Assembly: GCA_000004695.1 (NCBI GenBank)
Contig: CM000152.2
Location: forward strand, 4,960,001-5,024,000
Direction: 5' to 3'
DNA from: Dictyostelium discoideum
Taxonomy: Eukaryota
DNA: 64,000 bases
Positions 11,939 through 23,429 of the stretch are shown here, piece after piece; position 1 is the first letter of the stretch, and every line of letters begins with the position of its first letter. The notes beneath the pieces were generated by a model, which ran no database searches, was not told the DNA's origin, and was given only the letters and a program-made list of their open reading frames with translations. Both the position numbers and the translations under genes were made by a program.

Positions 11939-13927
11939 TTATTTTACTTTTGTTGCCATTGGTACTATATCAATTGGTAAATTAAATCTAAAACCTTTTA
12001 AATTTATAAGTTTAACAGTTGGTGGTATTGAACCTTTAGTGAAAATTTGACAAATATCATAGATTGATATTTCTTGAACAGATTCAGGTATTATACCTTT
12101 TGTTATTGTATGAGAGAAACCATCGGTAAACATTAAATATTTAATAGTATTTGGTATTGAACCAACGGTTAGAGGATGACGTATATCACCCAAATACAAA
12201 GTATCAACCGAGGAAGGTATGATATCAGTATTGATATGATGAGTGAACCCATTTGCAAATATTAATTTCCTAACGACACTTTCATTGATTGAACCTTTTT
12301 GTAAGGGTTGAATGATATCGAAAAAGTATAATCTTTCCAAAGCAACAGGGAAATTGAAACCATTGTTAAATACATCGGGAGTGATAGTGAAATTGAAACC
12401 ATTATTAAACACCAACTCTTTTATTGTTGAGGGTATGGACCTACGAGTGAGTGGTTTCTTTATTGAACCTATATAAAGTGTTTGTACGGAACGTGGTATT
12501 TTACTAGCTTTGATAATATGTGAAAATCCATTATCAAAGTATAACTCTTGAATGGTATTTGGTATTGATTCTTTAGTCAATGGTTGTACTATATCGTTGA
12601 TGTATAATGATTGAACCGTTGGTGGTATAACATCACTACAAATTGGATGTTGATAACCTTGATCGAAAAACAACTCTTTTACACCTCTACCCACTGACCC
12701 CCTAATTAATGGTTCCTTTACATTATGTAACATCAATCTACTAATCGATGGTGGCATAATATCATTTGTAATTAAAAAACTATATCCATGTGATAAACTT
12801 AACATTGTCACCGTTGGAGGTATTGATTCCTCTGTCAATGGTTCAACAATATCACAAACATACATCTTTACAACTGATAATGGTATTATCTCTTTTTTAA
12901 TCTTTTGATTAAATCCACTACAAAATATAATTTCTTTTAATTTATTATTCTTAAATTCATTATTTGTGTTATTATTATTTTTATTATTATTATTATTATT
13001 ATTGTTGTTGTTATTATTGTTATTGGTATTAATTGATGATTTAATTAATAAAGATTGATTTGTTAAAGGTTGTTCTAATTTACCTAAAAATAATTTAACA
13101 ACAGTTGGTGGTATCATTGTTTCACCGATTATTTGATGAGAGAAACCATTGAAAATATACAAATTTAATAAATTACCATTATGTGGTAATGATAATTCAT
13201 CCAATGGCTCAACTATATTACCAATTGAAATGGATGTAATTGTTGATGGAATTGTATCGGCTCTAATAGTATGATTAAAATCATCATAAAATATAATCTC
13301 TTTAATTGTTGAAGGTATTGAATCTGATGTTAATGGTTTTTCAATTGAACCAATAAATAATTTTTCAACTGTACATGGTATAAATCCTTTACTAATTTCA
13401 ATATTAAATCCATCATATAAATATAAATTCTTTACACTTGATGATATTTTAATTAAATTATTATTATCTTCTTCCTCCTCTTCTTCTTTTTCTTTTTCTT
13501 TTTCAATATTTTCAATATTTTCAATATTATTATTATTATTATTATTATTATTCTTTTTATTTTTTTTATTTTTTGATAATTTTGTAATTGCTAAATTTAT
13601 AATACCATCTGGAATTGGTTCGCCGTGATTTAAATAAAATTCTTTATCTTTACAACATTCTAAAACTATTTTTTTATCAATCATTAAATGACTATTATTA
13701 TTACTTTTGAATGGTTGAGAATCAACAATGAAATTGGTTTTAATTAGTTCAAATGCTGTATCCAAAATATCTTGATTAATTATTAAATTACTTTCTTTAA
13801 AATGTTCATATCTTTTTAATTTCCTTTCAACTAATCTATTGGTTTTATCACTATCCTTTAATAATGTTATATATTTATTTTGTTGATCTTTTTGTTTATT
13901 AATTATTTCAACTGATGTTTGTTGAAT

Positions 13928-13986
<59 letters not shown>

Positions 13987-14761
13987 GCTGTTGTTCTGAA
14001 TTATTACTATTATTATTTATAGCACCAGATGAAGATGATAATGTAGTAGAGGGAGTAGATGTTGTTGTTGTTGTTGTTGTTGTTGCTGTTGCTGTTGTTG
14101 TTGTTAATGGTTTTAAAATATTATCTAAATCATATAAATTTATATTGTCATTATGTTTATTTATTAAATTTGTAATTAATTGATTATCTGTATCAATTTC
14201 AGATTTAATTTGTAGAAAGGTTTCTTCATTTTCTGATAGTTTAGTTTCTAAAGTTCTCTTTATATTGAGTTCTAAAATTGATAAAATGTTATGTAGTTGT
14301 TTGAATTTTGATGTTAATGTTGTTAGATTGACTTTATGTCTATCTTGAATTTGTTGAAAACAATCCTCCACTGCGTTCATTATCGCTTTATCACTCTCTC
14401 TATATCCTACCAATGATGGAAATTGTTCTTTAAATTTGTCCAATATCTTTTTAGATTTCTCTAGATTCAATTCACTGAATTTATGTCCATTATGCGTTGA
14501 TATTATACATTTAACACAAACTGGACTAATACATGAATCACATATATACACTATATCATTATCTCTATGATATGAACATTTTGAATCTTCAATCTCTTCT
14601 ATATAATTATCTTCTCCACCACTATCAACTCCCTCGCCACCATTTTCTTCATCTTTAAAATAATTATTAAATGTATTATTATTATTACTAATATTATTGT
14701 TATTATAACAATTATTATTATTATTATTATATATTGAGTTATTTATTCTTGAAGGAACCAT
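11939..14761 (-). CDS. B-box zinc finger, coiled-coil and FNIP-repeat protein (940 aa).
   Basis: Single ORF. The B-box-like Cys/His cluster is CSYHRDNDIVYICDSCISPVCVKCIISTHNGHKFSEL. It is followed by a coiled-coil region with poly-Q and poly-T/N tracts. After that come about 20 FNIP repeats (…FNNGFN…L.FG..FNQPL…IP.S(V/I)..L.FG). FNIP repeats are a Dictyostelium-specific family. Confidence 0.7.
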
Positions 14762-14871
14762 TTATTTTTTTTTTTATTTTATTTATTTTATTTTTTTTAT
14801 TTTTATTTATTTTATTTTATTTTTTTATATAATTATTTTTTTTATTTTTTATTTTTTATTTTTTATTTTTT

Positions 14872-14903
<32 letters not shown>

Positions 14904-15136
14904 GTAGAAATTAATTTTTAAATTTCCAAATTTGAAAAAAAAAAAAATTTTTTTGTAACGCTACACCATAAATTTTCGAATTTTTAAAATAATGATAAAA
15001 AGAAAACTATAATTTTTTTTTTTTTTTGTGTGGTGGGTTTAAGAAGAAAAAAAAAAAAAAAATTTTTGATTTTTCGCATGACAACCTTTCCATTTATTTT
15101 ATTTTATTTTTTATTTTTTTTTTTATTTTTTTTGTT

Positions 15137-15176
<40 letters not shown>

Positions 15177-15774
15177 AAAAAACAAAACTTTGGGAGTGAT
15201 GTCATTTATTCAAAACCAATGAAAAGAAAAGTAAAAATTAAAAATAAAAATAAAATTATTATAAAATCCCAATAAAAAAAAAAATGAGAAAAAAATTAAT
15301 TAAAATAAAGCTCGGAAAGAGTTTCCGATTTTTTTTTTTTTTTTTTTCCAACCAGGCTATTATTTTTTTTTTTGTAATTATACTGAAAAAAAAGAAAAAA
15401 AGCATTTTTTGGAGAAATATATTTTTTAAAGATTGTAATAATAAATAAAAAGAAAGTTTTTCTTATAGTGAAAGGAAATTATGGGTTTGCTGTGAACAAG
15501 AGATTACTTTGCTCTTGACATCTTCATATATTAAAAAAGATATAAAATTGAAAAAATTAAAATAAAATTTTTTTTTTTTTTTCAGGAATTGAATCGGGTT
15601 ATAATTAAAAAAAAAAAAAAAAAAAATATGAATAGATGTTATTCAAAATCCATAGAGATAAAGGGCATATATATATAAATAATTTCGAACACTAAAAAAA
15701 TACTAATACAAATTATATTTCATATTGACTTAAAATTTTTTTTTTTTTTTTTTTCAATAACACTATTTTATTTT

Positions 15775-16524
15775 TTATTGAGGTGTTGTTGCTTTTGCTT
15801 TTTTAATTGCTTTCATTTTATCTAATAAATTTTTTTGATCTTTAAAAATGGTTGAAGTTATTTTTTTACATAATGACCCAAATTCAAAGTTTTCTTCTTT
15901 GCTATTAAATTTTTTATAAGATTGTTTGATTACTTCCTCAATACCTTCTTTGTATGAAACTAAAAATAAAAATAAAAAAAAAGTTAGAAAAGTTTTATTT
16001 ATTTTTTTTTTGATTAACTATTACTTACTATATTCAACATGTTTTTCAAAAAGTGGAATTAATTTTTTCAAATCAACAATAATTTGATCTCTTTTAGTTT
16101 GTTGATCTAAAATTTGTTTTTCAATTGCTTTTTTATCACTAGTTTGATCATCTGAATCAAGTATATATTGAAGTGTGTAAATTGTTTGAACTGGTTGACA
16201 AATTGATGTCTATAAATTGATTGATAAAAATTAGGAAATGAGGGGGTGGGGTGGCTAACCACTTTTGAATTATATTATTATTATTATTATTATTATTTTT
16301 TTTTTTTTTTTTTTTAATTAATTACTTACAACAACTTTTTTAACATTACCAAGTTCTTCTCTTAATTTTTCAGTTTCATTATATTCTTCACCATAATCTT
16401 CTTTAACTGGTGCTTCTGTTTGAATTGGATGATTCATCCAATCTGCATGTGATTCCATACCAGTTGGAATTTCTTTACCACCTAATGGTACAACTTTTTG
16501 TTCATGTTCTGAATGTGGATCCAT
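15775..16524 (-). CDS. Small three-exon gene of unknown function (about 190 aa). Exons are about 16524..16330, 16209..16029 and 15959..15775.
   Basis: Exon 1 is the ORF MDPHSEHEQKVVPLGGKEIPTGMESHADWMNHPIQTEAPVKEDYGEEYNETEKLREELGNVKKVV then GTAAGT. Exon 2 reads TSICQPVQTIYTLQYILDSDDQTSDKKAIEKQILDQQTKRDQIIVDLKKLIPLFEKHVEY, with phase 1 and donor GTAAGT. Exon 3 reads (I)SYKEGIEEVIKQSYKKFNSKEENFEFGSLCKKITSTIFKDQKNLLDKMKAIKKAKATTPQ*. The frames are consistent across canonical splice sites. I recognised no domain. Confidence 0.45.
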
Positions 16525-16648
16525 TTTAATATATCTTTATTATTATTATTATTTTTAACCAAAAACTTTTAAACTTAAGGGTTTGTTATTTGAGTCTGAT
16601 TAGAAAAATTAAAAATAAAAATAAAAATAAAAAAATTTCATTGCCCAA

Positions 16649-16696
<48 letters not shown>

Positions 16697-17090
16697 CAAA
16701 AAGTTAAACACATAAAAATTCTCGCATTTTGAATTTTTGTGATATTTTAAGTCATTTTTTCAGCCAAAACAAATAAAATTTTTGGTTAAAAAAAAAAAAA
16801 AAAAAATTAAATAATGCAAAAAACAGAATGATTACATCCTTTTTTTTTTATATTTTAAAATGGTCATTTGGCTATTTTTGAGCTCTCTTTTTTTTTCTAA
16901 AATACTAAATCCATATTAAAAATAAATGAAAATAAATCATTGTTATAAAAAAAAAAAAAAAGAAAATAAAATTTTTTTTTTTCCAGATTCTAAATTTTTA
17001 TTTTTATTTTTATTTAATAAGAAAAAAAAAAAAAAAAAAAAAAAAAAATATTTATTGTTATTAATTTTTTAAAAAATTTGATTGAATTGA

Positions 17091-18545
17091 TTATTTTGGT
17101 AATTTTTTTAATTCATGTAATAACCAAATGGCAACACTTAATAAAGTTAAACTACCAGTTTGATGAGCAGCACCTAAAGAAACTGGAACAAAAGTTAAAA
17201 GGGTTGTAATACCTAAAGCGACTTGAGCGGTACCAACAGCTAAAAGACAATTTGTTGCTAAACGAGCTTTTGGTGACAAAGCAAGACGACCACGATAAGC
17301 GAAAGCGGATAAAGCTAAAATTGAACCATAAGTGATTGTAGCCAAAACTCTATGTTGGAACTGAACGGTAACATCATGTTCAAACATATTCTTGTAGGCT
17401 GGTTTAATCTTTGGATTAATGATATCATCTGGAATCCATTGATGACCCATTTTTGGAAAAGTATTATAAACCAAACCAGCGTCTAAACCAGCGACGAATG
17501 CACCACTCATTGCAGTTAAAAATATTAAACCACTTACTTGATGAGAGTATTTCTTCATTTTTTCAATTGTGAATGATGATTTTTGTTGAGCAAGTGTCGA
17601 CATTGCAGACTTCAATTTCTGCATCATTGCAGGTGACAAAGCTGATGGTCTGACCAAGCCCAAGCCAAACCAAAGCAATGCCATATAAATCACAAATGCA
17701 CTACCTAAATGGGCGGCTAAACGGTATTGACTGACTCTTGGTATGTCGCTACCACGATCTTGGATCAACTTTTCATCCAAACCGGATTTCACCATATACC
17801 AACCCAATGCACCTTGTGCACCACCCATTAAAAATACAACTGATAACTTTTTAGCTAGTGAACGATTGATATAACCTTTCTTTAAATACCACACAAATGG
17901 GAAAAAGAAAGCTACACCAATAACTCTACCCAATAAACGATGAGAATATTCCCAAAAGAAGATCTCTTTAAATTCACTCAATGTCATACCCATATTCAAT
18001 CTTTTATATTCTGGAAATTGTTTATACTTTTCAAATTCAGCTTCCCATTCCTCTTGAGTAATTGGTGGAATTGCACCAACAACTGGTTTCCAATCAACAA
18101 TTGATAATCCTGATTCTGTTAAACGTGTAATACCACCAATAACAATCATTGCACCAACTAATCCACATGAAAATAATAACCAATTACCAACTTTTTTATT
18201 ACCTTTACTTTGTTCTGGTTCTTTATAATCTTCTTCATTATTATTACTACTATTATCATTTGTTTTTTCTTCTTCTTTTACTTGTTCATTTGAATTTGTT
18301 TTATTTTCATTTGAATAAAATCTTTTATAATAATTATTATTATTATTATTTAATGAAATTATTGAATTTAATTTTGAATTTGATTGTAAAAAACCATTAT
18401 TAAAACTTTGATTAATATTATTATTTTTTGATAATCTAGATGATACTGATAAAATATTACTATTGTTTATAATAAGGTTTGATTTTGTTTGTTTAAAGAT
18501 AGATGGCTTTAAACATCTTAAACCAGCTCTATTCAACATTGTCAC
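17091..18545 (-). CDS. cox15: Heme A synthase COX15, mitochondrial (484 aa).
   Basis: Single ORF. N-terminal presequence MTMLNRAGLRCLKPSIF, then a poly-N/S linker. The conserved COX15/CtaA core follows: GNWLLFSCGLVGAMIVIGGITRLTESGLSIVDWKPV...EFKEIFFWEYSHRLLGRVIGVAFFFP...MGGAQGALGWYMVKSGL...FQHRVLA, with multiple TM helices and His residues. Confidence 0.8.
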   Translation of the reverse strand: MTMLNRAGLRCLKPSIFKQTKSNLIINNSNILSVSSRLSKNNNINQSFNNGFLQSNSKLNSIISLNNNNNNYYKRFYSNENKTNSNEQVKEEEKTNDNSSNNNEEDYKEPEQSKGNKKVGNWLLFSCGLVGAMIVIGGITRLTESGLSIVDWKPVVGAIPPITQEEWEAEFEKYKQFPEYKRLNMGMTLSEFKEIFFWEYSHRLLGRVIGVAFFFPFVWYLKKGYINRSLAKKLSVVFLMGGAQGALGWYMVKSGLDEKLIQDRGSDIPRVSQYRLAAHLGSAFVIYMALLWFGLGLVRPSALSPAMMQKLKSAMSTLAQQKSSFTIEKMKKYSHQVSGLIFLTAMSGAFVAGLDAGLVYNTFPKMGHQWIPDDIINPKIKPAYKNMFEHDVTVQFQHRVLATITYGSILALSAFAYRGRLALSPKARLATNCLLAVGTAQVALGITTLLTFVPVSLGAAHQTGSLTLLSVAIWLLHELKKLPK

Positions 18546-18869
18546 TTTTTTTTTTTTTTTGGTTTAAACAAAAAAAATAAAAAATAAAAAATGATAACAA
18601 AAAAAAAAAAAAAAAAAAAATGAAAAAAAATAAAAAAAAATGAAAAATTAACAACGCAATTTGTCAATCACCATAATTCGGGAATTTCAAGTAAAAAATA
18701 AAATAAAAGATATTTTTGAAATTTACATTAATTTTAGTTTTTTTTTAAAAAGAAAGAAAATAGTTTTTTTTTTTTCTTTTAAAAGAAAGAAGAGATTTAA
18801 AAAAAAAAGATCCAACATTTTATTAATATTTTTTTTTTTTTTTTGAATTTAAAAAAAAAAAAAAAAAGT

Positions 18870-21800
18870 TTAATCTTTTGGTTGGAAGAGAAAATCATCT
18901 AAACCATCAGATTGTTGATTTGAAGTTTTAAATTGATCAAGGTCAACATAACATAAATCTTCAAATTCTTCATCAAAGTCAACAGGGATTTGATTCTTTT
19001 TTGGAGGTTTATTTGGTGTAGTTTTAGGTGATGAAGTTGTTGTTGTTGTTGTTGTTGTGGTGGTTGCTTTTTTTTTGGTTACTTTTGATGGAGATGGTTT
19101 TGTTGGGTTAGTTGTATCTTTATCTTTTGTTTTTTTTACAGTTGTTGATTTTGAAGAAGCAACAGTAGAAGCAGCAGCTTTTGAAGATTTTAAAGCAGCT
19201 GGTTTCTTTGAGGTTTTGGGTTTATTTTTTGATGACATCATTTCATCTTCAAAATTTGATCCATCATAAATTGCATCTGAAATATCATCTTCATCAATAC
19301 CATCTTCGTCATCATTATCATATTCATCATCTTCATCGTCATCAGAATTATCTAAATCGCTATTATCATCTTCTTCTCCACCACCACCACCACTACCATT
19401 CTTTAATTGAAGTTTTAATAATTTCTCTTCTTTTCTTCTTTGTTTATCATCATATTTTTTTTTTCTAATTTGATCTTGTTCCTCTACTTTTTTAATTAAT
19501 GAATCTATGAAATCATCTACACTTTGTTCACCATGTTCTAATTGACCAGCATCTTCAGCATTTAAAGATTGACCGTCTTCATCATCTAAAACTCTGCCCA
19601 ATAGAGTTTTCTTTGATTCCACTAATGACCAAATCATTTCATCCACTGTACCTAATGCTATTAAATATTGAACTAAAACCGAAGAGGTTTGACCATAACG
19701 ATGAGCTCTATCCTCTGCTTGAAATAAAACACCAGGTGTCCATGATAACTCTGCAAATATTACACAAGTGGCAGCGGTTAATGTCAAACCAGTACCAGCG
19801 GCAGTAATACTTAATACAGCCACCCTACAATTTGGATCATTTTGAAAATCATTAACATAGTCATTACGATTTTGAGCGGGTGTTGAACCATCGATTTTAA
19901 TAAATTCTAATTTCTTTTTATCAACCTTGATCTTACCTAACATATGAACTATACCATTGATCACTTCTTTATGATGTGCAAATATTAAAAACTTTTGATC
20001 AATTGGTGCATCAACTAACTTCTCCTTTAGAAATTGAGTGACCGCTGTCAATTTATATAAACCTGTATCACGAAGTAATTTAAAGAATAGACCTTGTCTT
20101 GAGTTTTTATTTTTGAATGAAGTTTTCATATCGGTATTTGGATCAAGATATACTTTTCTATGTTGATTAATCTCTACCAATGTTTTTTGAACTTCTTTTA
20201 ACTTTGTCTTATCCAATTTTACCAAAATTCTTTCTCTTCTCTTTTCGGGTAACTCTGTCATTACATCATCTTTTAAACGTCTAATCATAAATGTATTCAA
20301 GTAAAGATTTAACTCTTTCATATTGGAACAACCTGAAGTATTGAAACAGAATTTCTCTTGAAAGGCAGCACAATATCTGAATGCATAGTCCCTCCATTGC
20401 ATAAAGTATGGATTGATACAAGATATCTGAATGAATAGCTCCATTGGTCTGGATAATGCAGGTGTACCAGATAGTAGTATACAACGTTTTGATCTTTTCA
20501 ATACTTCAGCTGTTGATTTTGAACGTTGTGAATTAAATTGTTTGATATAATGACATTCATCAGCTATGACAACTTTAAAATTCTTTTGTAAAATTTGATC
20601 CTTCTTTTTAGTGACTAAATCATAACTAATGATATTGATCATACCATTTAAACCACATTTACCATTCATTACTAAATTTATTTCTGATGATTGAATTTTA
20701 TTTGGAAAAAACTTTTCAATTTGGTCTGCCCAAACTAAACGAAGTGATGATGGTGCTATAATTAATAATGGCCATTCCTCTTTATAATGATATGCAATTG
20801 AAATACCTTGTATAGTTTTACCTAAACCCATATCATCTGCAATTAAACATCTACCTCCTTTTTCAATACCAAATTCAATACCTTTAATTTGAAATGGTAA
20901 TAATGTTGATGGTAATTCTGAAAAGTTTATATTTAAATTTTTATTATTATTATTAAATGATGTATTAGTTGTTGCAGTATTTATGGTTGTAGTTGTAGTA
21001 GTTGTTGTTTTTTTATTACAAAACTGATTTACAATATGATTTGGTAAACAAATTATATTTAATTGTGATTGACGTAATGCTCTAAGTTTTGAAACTAATA
21101 ATGCGTGATGCTCAACATTAAATATCCACCAATTACCAATATCATATTCATCACAATAAGCATCTGGTATACTACTAAAGATATCTCTAAGTACTGTATT
21201 TTGTGGGTCCGCACATGAAAATTGCTCTGGTGTAATTAATTGAAATAATAATTCTTTTTTAATATTAAATTGAGTTTGCATAATTGCTAAAATATTTGAT
21301 TGTGTTGGTAAATTATTATTATTATTTTGGTTTTGATTTAAAAATGATTGTTGTTGTTGTTGTAATGGTTGTGGTTTTGCTAAAATTGATGGTATTGGTC
21401 GTTGTTGTTGTTGTTGATGTTGTTGTGCATTCTGTGATGGAACTAAATTATTTTGTGGTTTTTGAGGTAATGATGGCTGTAATGATGTTGATCTTTGAGG
21501 TATTGATGGTTGTAATGGTTTTTGAGGTAATGAAGGTCTCAATGGTGCTAAATGATTATTGCTCAGTATTGGTTTATTGGTATTAGTATTTATTGTTGAC
21601 TGTACAGATGGAGAGGGAATAGATGATGATGATGAAGGTGGTGGCGCTGTTGATATTGAACCACCATTAACAGTGGGTGAAGAAGAGGCAGCTGCCTTCA
21701 CTGGAAGTGATGGTCTCAATGTAAGACCACTATTCATATGTGTCGACACATTTTTTGGTGGTGATATATTTGTTAGAGGTAATGCTGTATTTTTATTATT

Positions 21801-21935
21801 TATATTATTATTTATATTATTATTTATATTATTATTGTTATTGTTATTGTTATTGTTGCTATTTATTATTTCTGTTGAAAAGTCTATATCAAAATCGAAA
21901 TCTTCAATGATAGTACTATTATTATTTGTTTCCAT
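18870..21935 (-). CDS. SNF2-family ATPase of the SMARCAL1/ZRANB3 (HARP-like annealing helicase) type (1021 aa).
   Basis: Single ORF. SNF2_N motifs: LLPFQIKGIEFGIEKGGRCLIADDMGLGKTIQGISIAYHYKEEWPLLIIAPSSLRLVW, VVIADECHYIK, LLSGTPALSRPMELF. Helicase-C motifs: RVAVLSITAAGTGLTLTAATCVIFAELSWTPGVLFQAEDRAHRYGQTSSV. These closely resemble the SMARCAL1 helicase core. The N-terminus is poly-N/Q/P low-complexity with a possible HARP-like segment. The C-terminus is an acidic and then Lys/Ser/Thr-rich tail. Confidence 0.7.
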   Translation of the reverse strand: METNNNSTIIEDFDFDIDFSTEIINSNNNNNNNNNNINNNINNNINNKNTALPLTNISPPKNVSTHMNSGLTLRPSLPVKAAASSSPTVNGGSISTAPPPSSSSSIPSPSVQSTINTNTNKPILSNNHLAPLRPSLPQKPLQPSIPQRSTSLQPSLPQKPQNNLVPSQNAQQHQQQQQRPIPSILAKPQPLQQQQQSFLNQNQNNNNNLPTQSNILAIMQTQFNIKKELLFQLITPEQFSCADPQNTVLRDIFSSIPDAYCDEYDIGNWWIFNVEHHALLVSKLRALRQSQLNIICLPNHIVNQFCNKKTTTTTTTTINTATTNTSFNNNNKNLNINFSELPSTLLPFQIKGIEFGIEKGGRCLIADDMGLGKTIQGISIAYHYKEEWPLLIIAPSSLRLVWADQIEKFFPNKIQSSEINLVMNGKCGLNGMINIISYDLVTKKKDQILQKNFKVVIADECHYIKQFNSQRSKSTAEVLKRSKRCILLSGTPALSRPMELFIQISCINPYFMQWRDYAFRYCAAFQEKFCFNTSGCSNMKELNLYLNTFMIRRLKDDVMTELPEKRRERILVKLDKTKLKEVQKTLVEINQHRKVYLDPNTDMKTSFKNKNSRQGLFFKLLRDTGLYKLTAVTQFLKEKLVDAPIDQKFLIFAHHKEVINGIVHMLGKIKVDKKKLEFIKIDGSTPAQNRNDYVNDFQNDPNCRVAVLSITAAGTGLTLTAATCVIFAELSWTPGVLFQAEDRAHRYGQTSSVLVQYLIALGTVDEMIWSLVESKKTLLGRVLDDEDGQSLNAEDAGQLEHGEQSVDDFIDSLIKKVEEQDQIRKKKYDDKQRRKEEKLLKLQLKNGSGGGGGEEDDNSDLDNSDDDEDDEYDNDDEDGIDEDDISDAIYDGSNFEDEMMSSKNKPKTSKKPAALKSSKAAASTVASSKSTTVKKTKDKDTTNPTKPSPSKVTKKKATTTTTTTTTTSSPKTTPNKPPKKNQIPVDFDEEFEDLCYVDLDQFKTSNQQSDGLDDFLFQPKD

Positions 21936-22224
21936 TTCATTTATTTGTAAAAAAAAGAATTCCTAAAAATTAAAAAAAAAGAACAAAAATAAAAATAAAA
22001 AATAAAAATAAAAAACTAAAAAAAAAAAAAATAAAATAAAATAAAAAGGATTATGTTTCTAAGAAAGGGGAAAAATAAAAAAAAAAAATAAAAAAAAAAA
22101 AAAATAAAAAATTCAATTATTTTTTATTTTTTTGGGAAGTTGAAAAAAAAAAAAAATTCAATTCAATTCATTTAGAGTTGTGTCTACAAACAAGCATTTA
22201 TATACATATATATATATAACAACA

Positions 22225-23345
22225 ATGGGTTTTGGTCAAGTAGTAATTGGACCACCAGGTTCAGGTATTATATACACATTTTTATTCATTATTAAAAGGG
22301 AAGCAAGAAATAATAATAATATTAATAATATTAATACAATTATTATATTCAAATACATATTTATATAGGTAAAACAGTTTATTGTAATGGTATGTCACAA
22401 TTTTTACAATCTATTGGTAGAAAAGTATCAATTATAAATTTAGATCCATCAAATGAGAATATACCATATGAACCAGCAGTAAATATACAAGAATTAATTG
22501 ATTTTCAAACAGTAGTGAATGAAACCGACCTAGGACCAAATGGTGGGTTAATTTTTTGTATGGAATATTTAGAAAAGAATTTAGATTGGTTAAAAGAAAA
22601 ATTATTACCACTAAAAGATCATTATATAATATTTGATTGTCCTGGTCAAGTTGAATTATATACACATTATAAAATTATATCAAACATTTTAGATAATATT
22701 ATGAAATGGTCATTTAGAGTAAGTTAAAAACAATAAATAAATAAATAAATAAATAAAAAGCATATTAATATTTTAATATTTTAATAGTTAACAGTTATTC
22801 AAGTTTTTGATTCATTTTATTGTAAAAATCCAAGTAATTTTATATCAATTTTATTAGTGTCATTATCTGGTATGGTTAGAATTGAATTACCACATATTAA
22901 TGTATTATCAAAGATGGATTTAATTGAACAAAATGGACCATTAGATTTTAATTTAGATTTTTATACAGATGTATTGGATTTGAAATATTTAGATGCATTC
23001 CTTGATAAAGATCCACGTTTAAAAAAGTATAGTAAATTGAATAAAGCGATTGCAGGTGTTATAGAAGATTTTAGTTTGGTTAGTTTCATACCATTGAATA
23101 TAATGGACAAGAAATCTGTTGCAAACCTAATTGCATCAATTGATAAAAGTAATGGTTATATATATGGTTCACTCGATACAAATACTGCCATTTTAGAGAT
23201 TCAAGAAAGAGAAACTCAATGGAATTTCGATAAATATCAAGAAACTCAAGAGAAATATTATAAATCATACGAAGATGATGATGTTATCTTTGAAAATGAT
23301 CAAGATGAAGATTATGATGAATTTAGTAAATATTTAAATAGATAA
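22225..23345 (+). CDS. gpn2: GPN-loop GTPase 2 (GPN2/ATPBD1B homologue). Exons are 22225..22264, 22369..22718 and 22788..23345.
   Basis: Exon 1 reads MGFGQVVIGPPGS(G), then GTATT. Exon 2 reads (G)KTVYCNGMSQFLQSIGRKVSIINLDPSNE...DCPGQVELYTHYKIISNILDNIMKWSFR, then GTAAGT. Exon 3 follows TTAATAG and reads LTVIQVFDSFYCKNPSNFISILLVSLSGMVRIELPHINVLSKMDL... This matches human GPN2 (FGQAVIGPPGSGKTTYC ... [46 protein letters not shown]). The ORF track misses the first 23 codons of exon 3. Confidence 0.8.
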
Positions 23346-23429
23346 ATAAATAATAATAAAATAATAATAATAATAAAAACTGGTTGTTGTTGTTGTTGTT
23401 GTTGTTATTTATATATATTTTATTTTATT

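Noticed and set aside
15481-15560. ATG followed by GC-richer sequence (atgggtttgctgtgaacaagagattactttgctcttgac), considered as a small gene or ncRNA.
   Set aside because: The ORF is only 4 codons. There is no cloverleaf or snRNA-like structure and no upstream DUSE-like motif that I could recognise. It is probably 3'UTR of the adjacent small gene.
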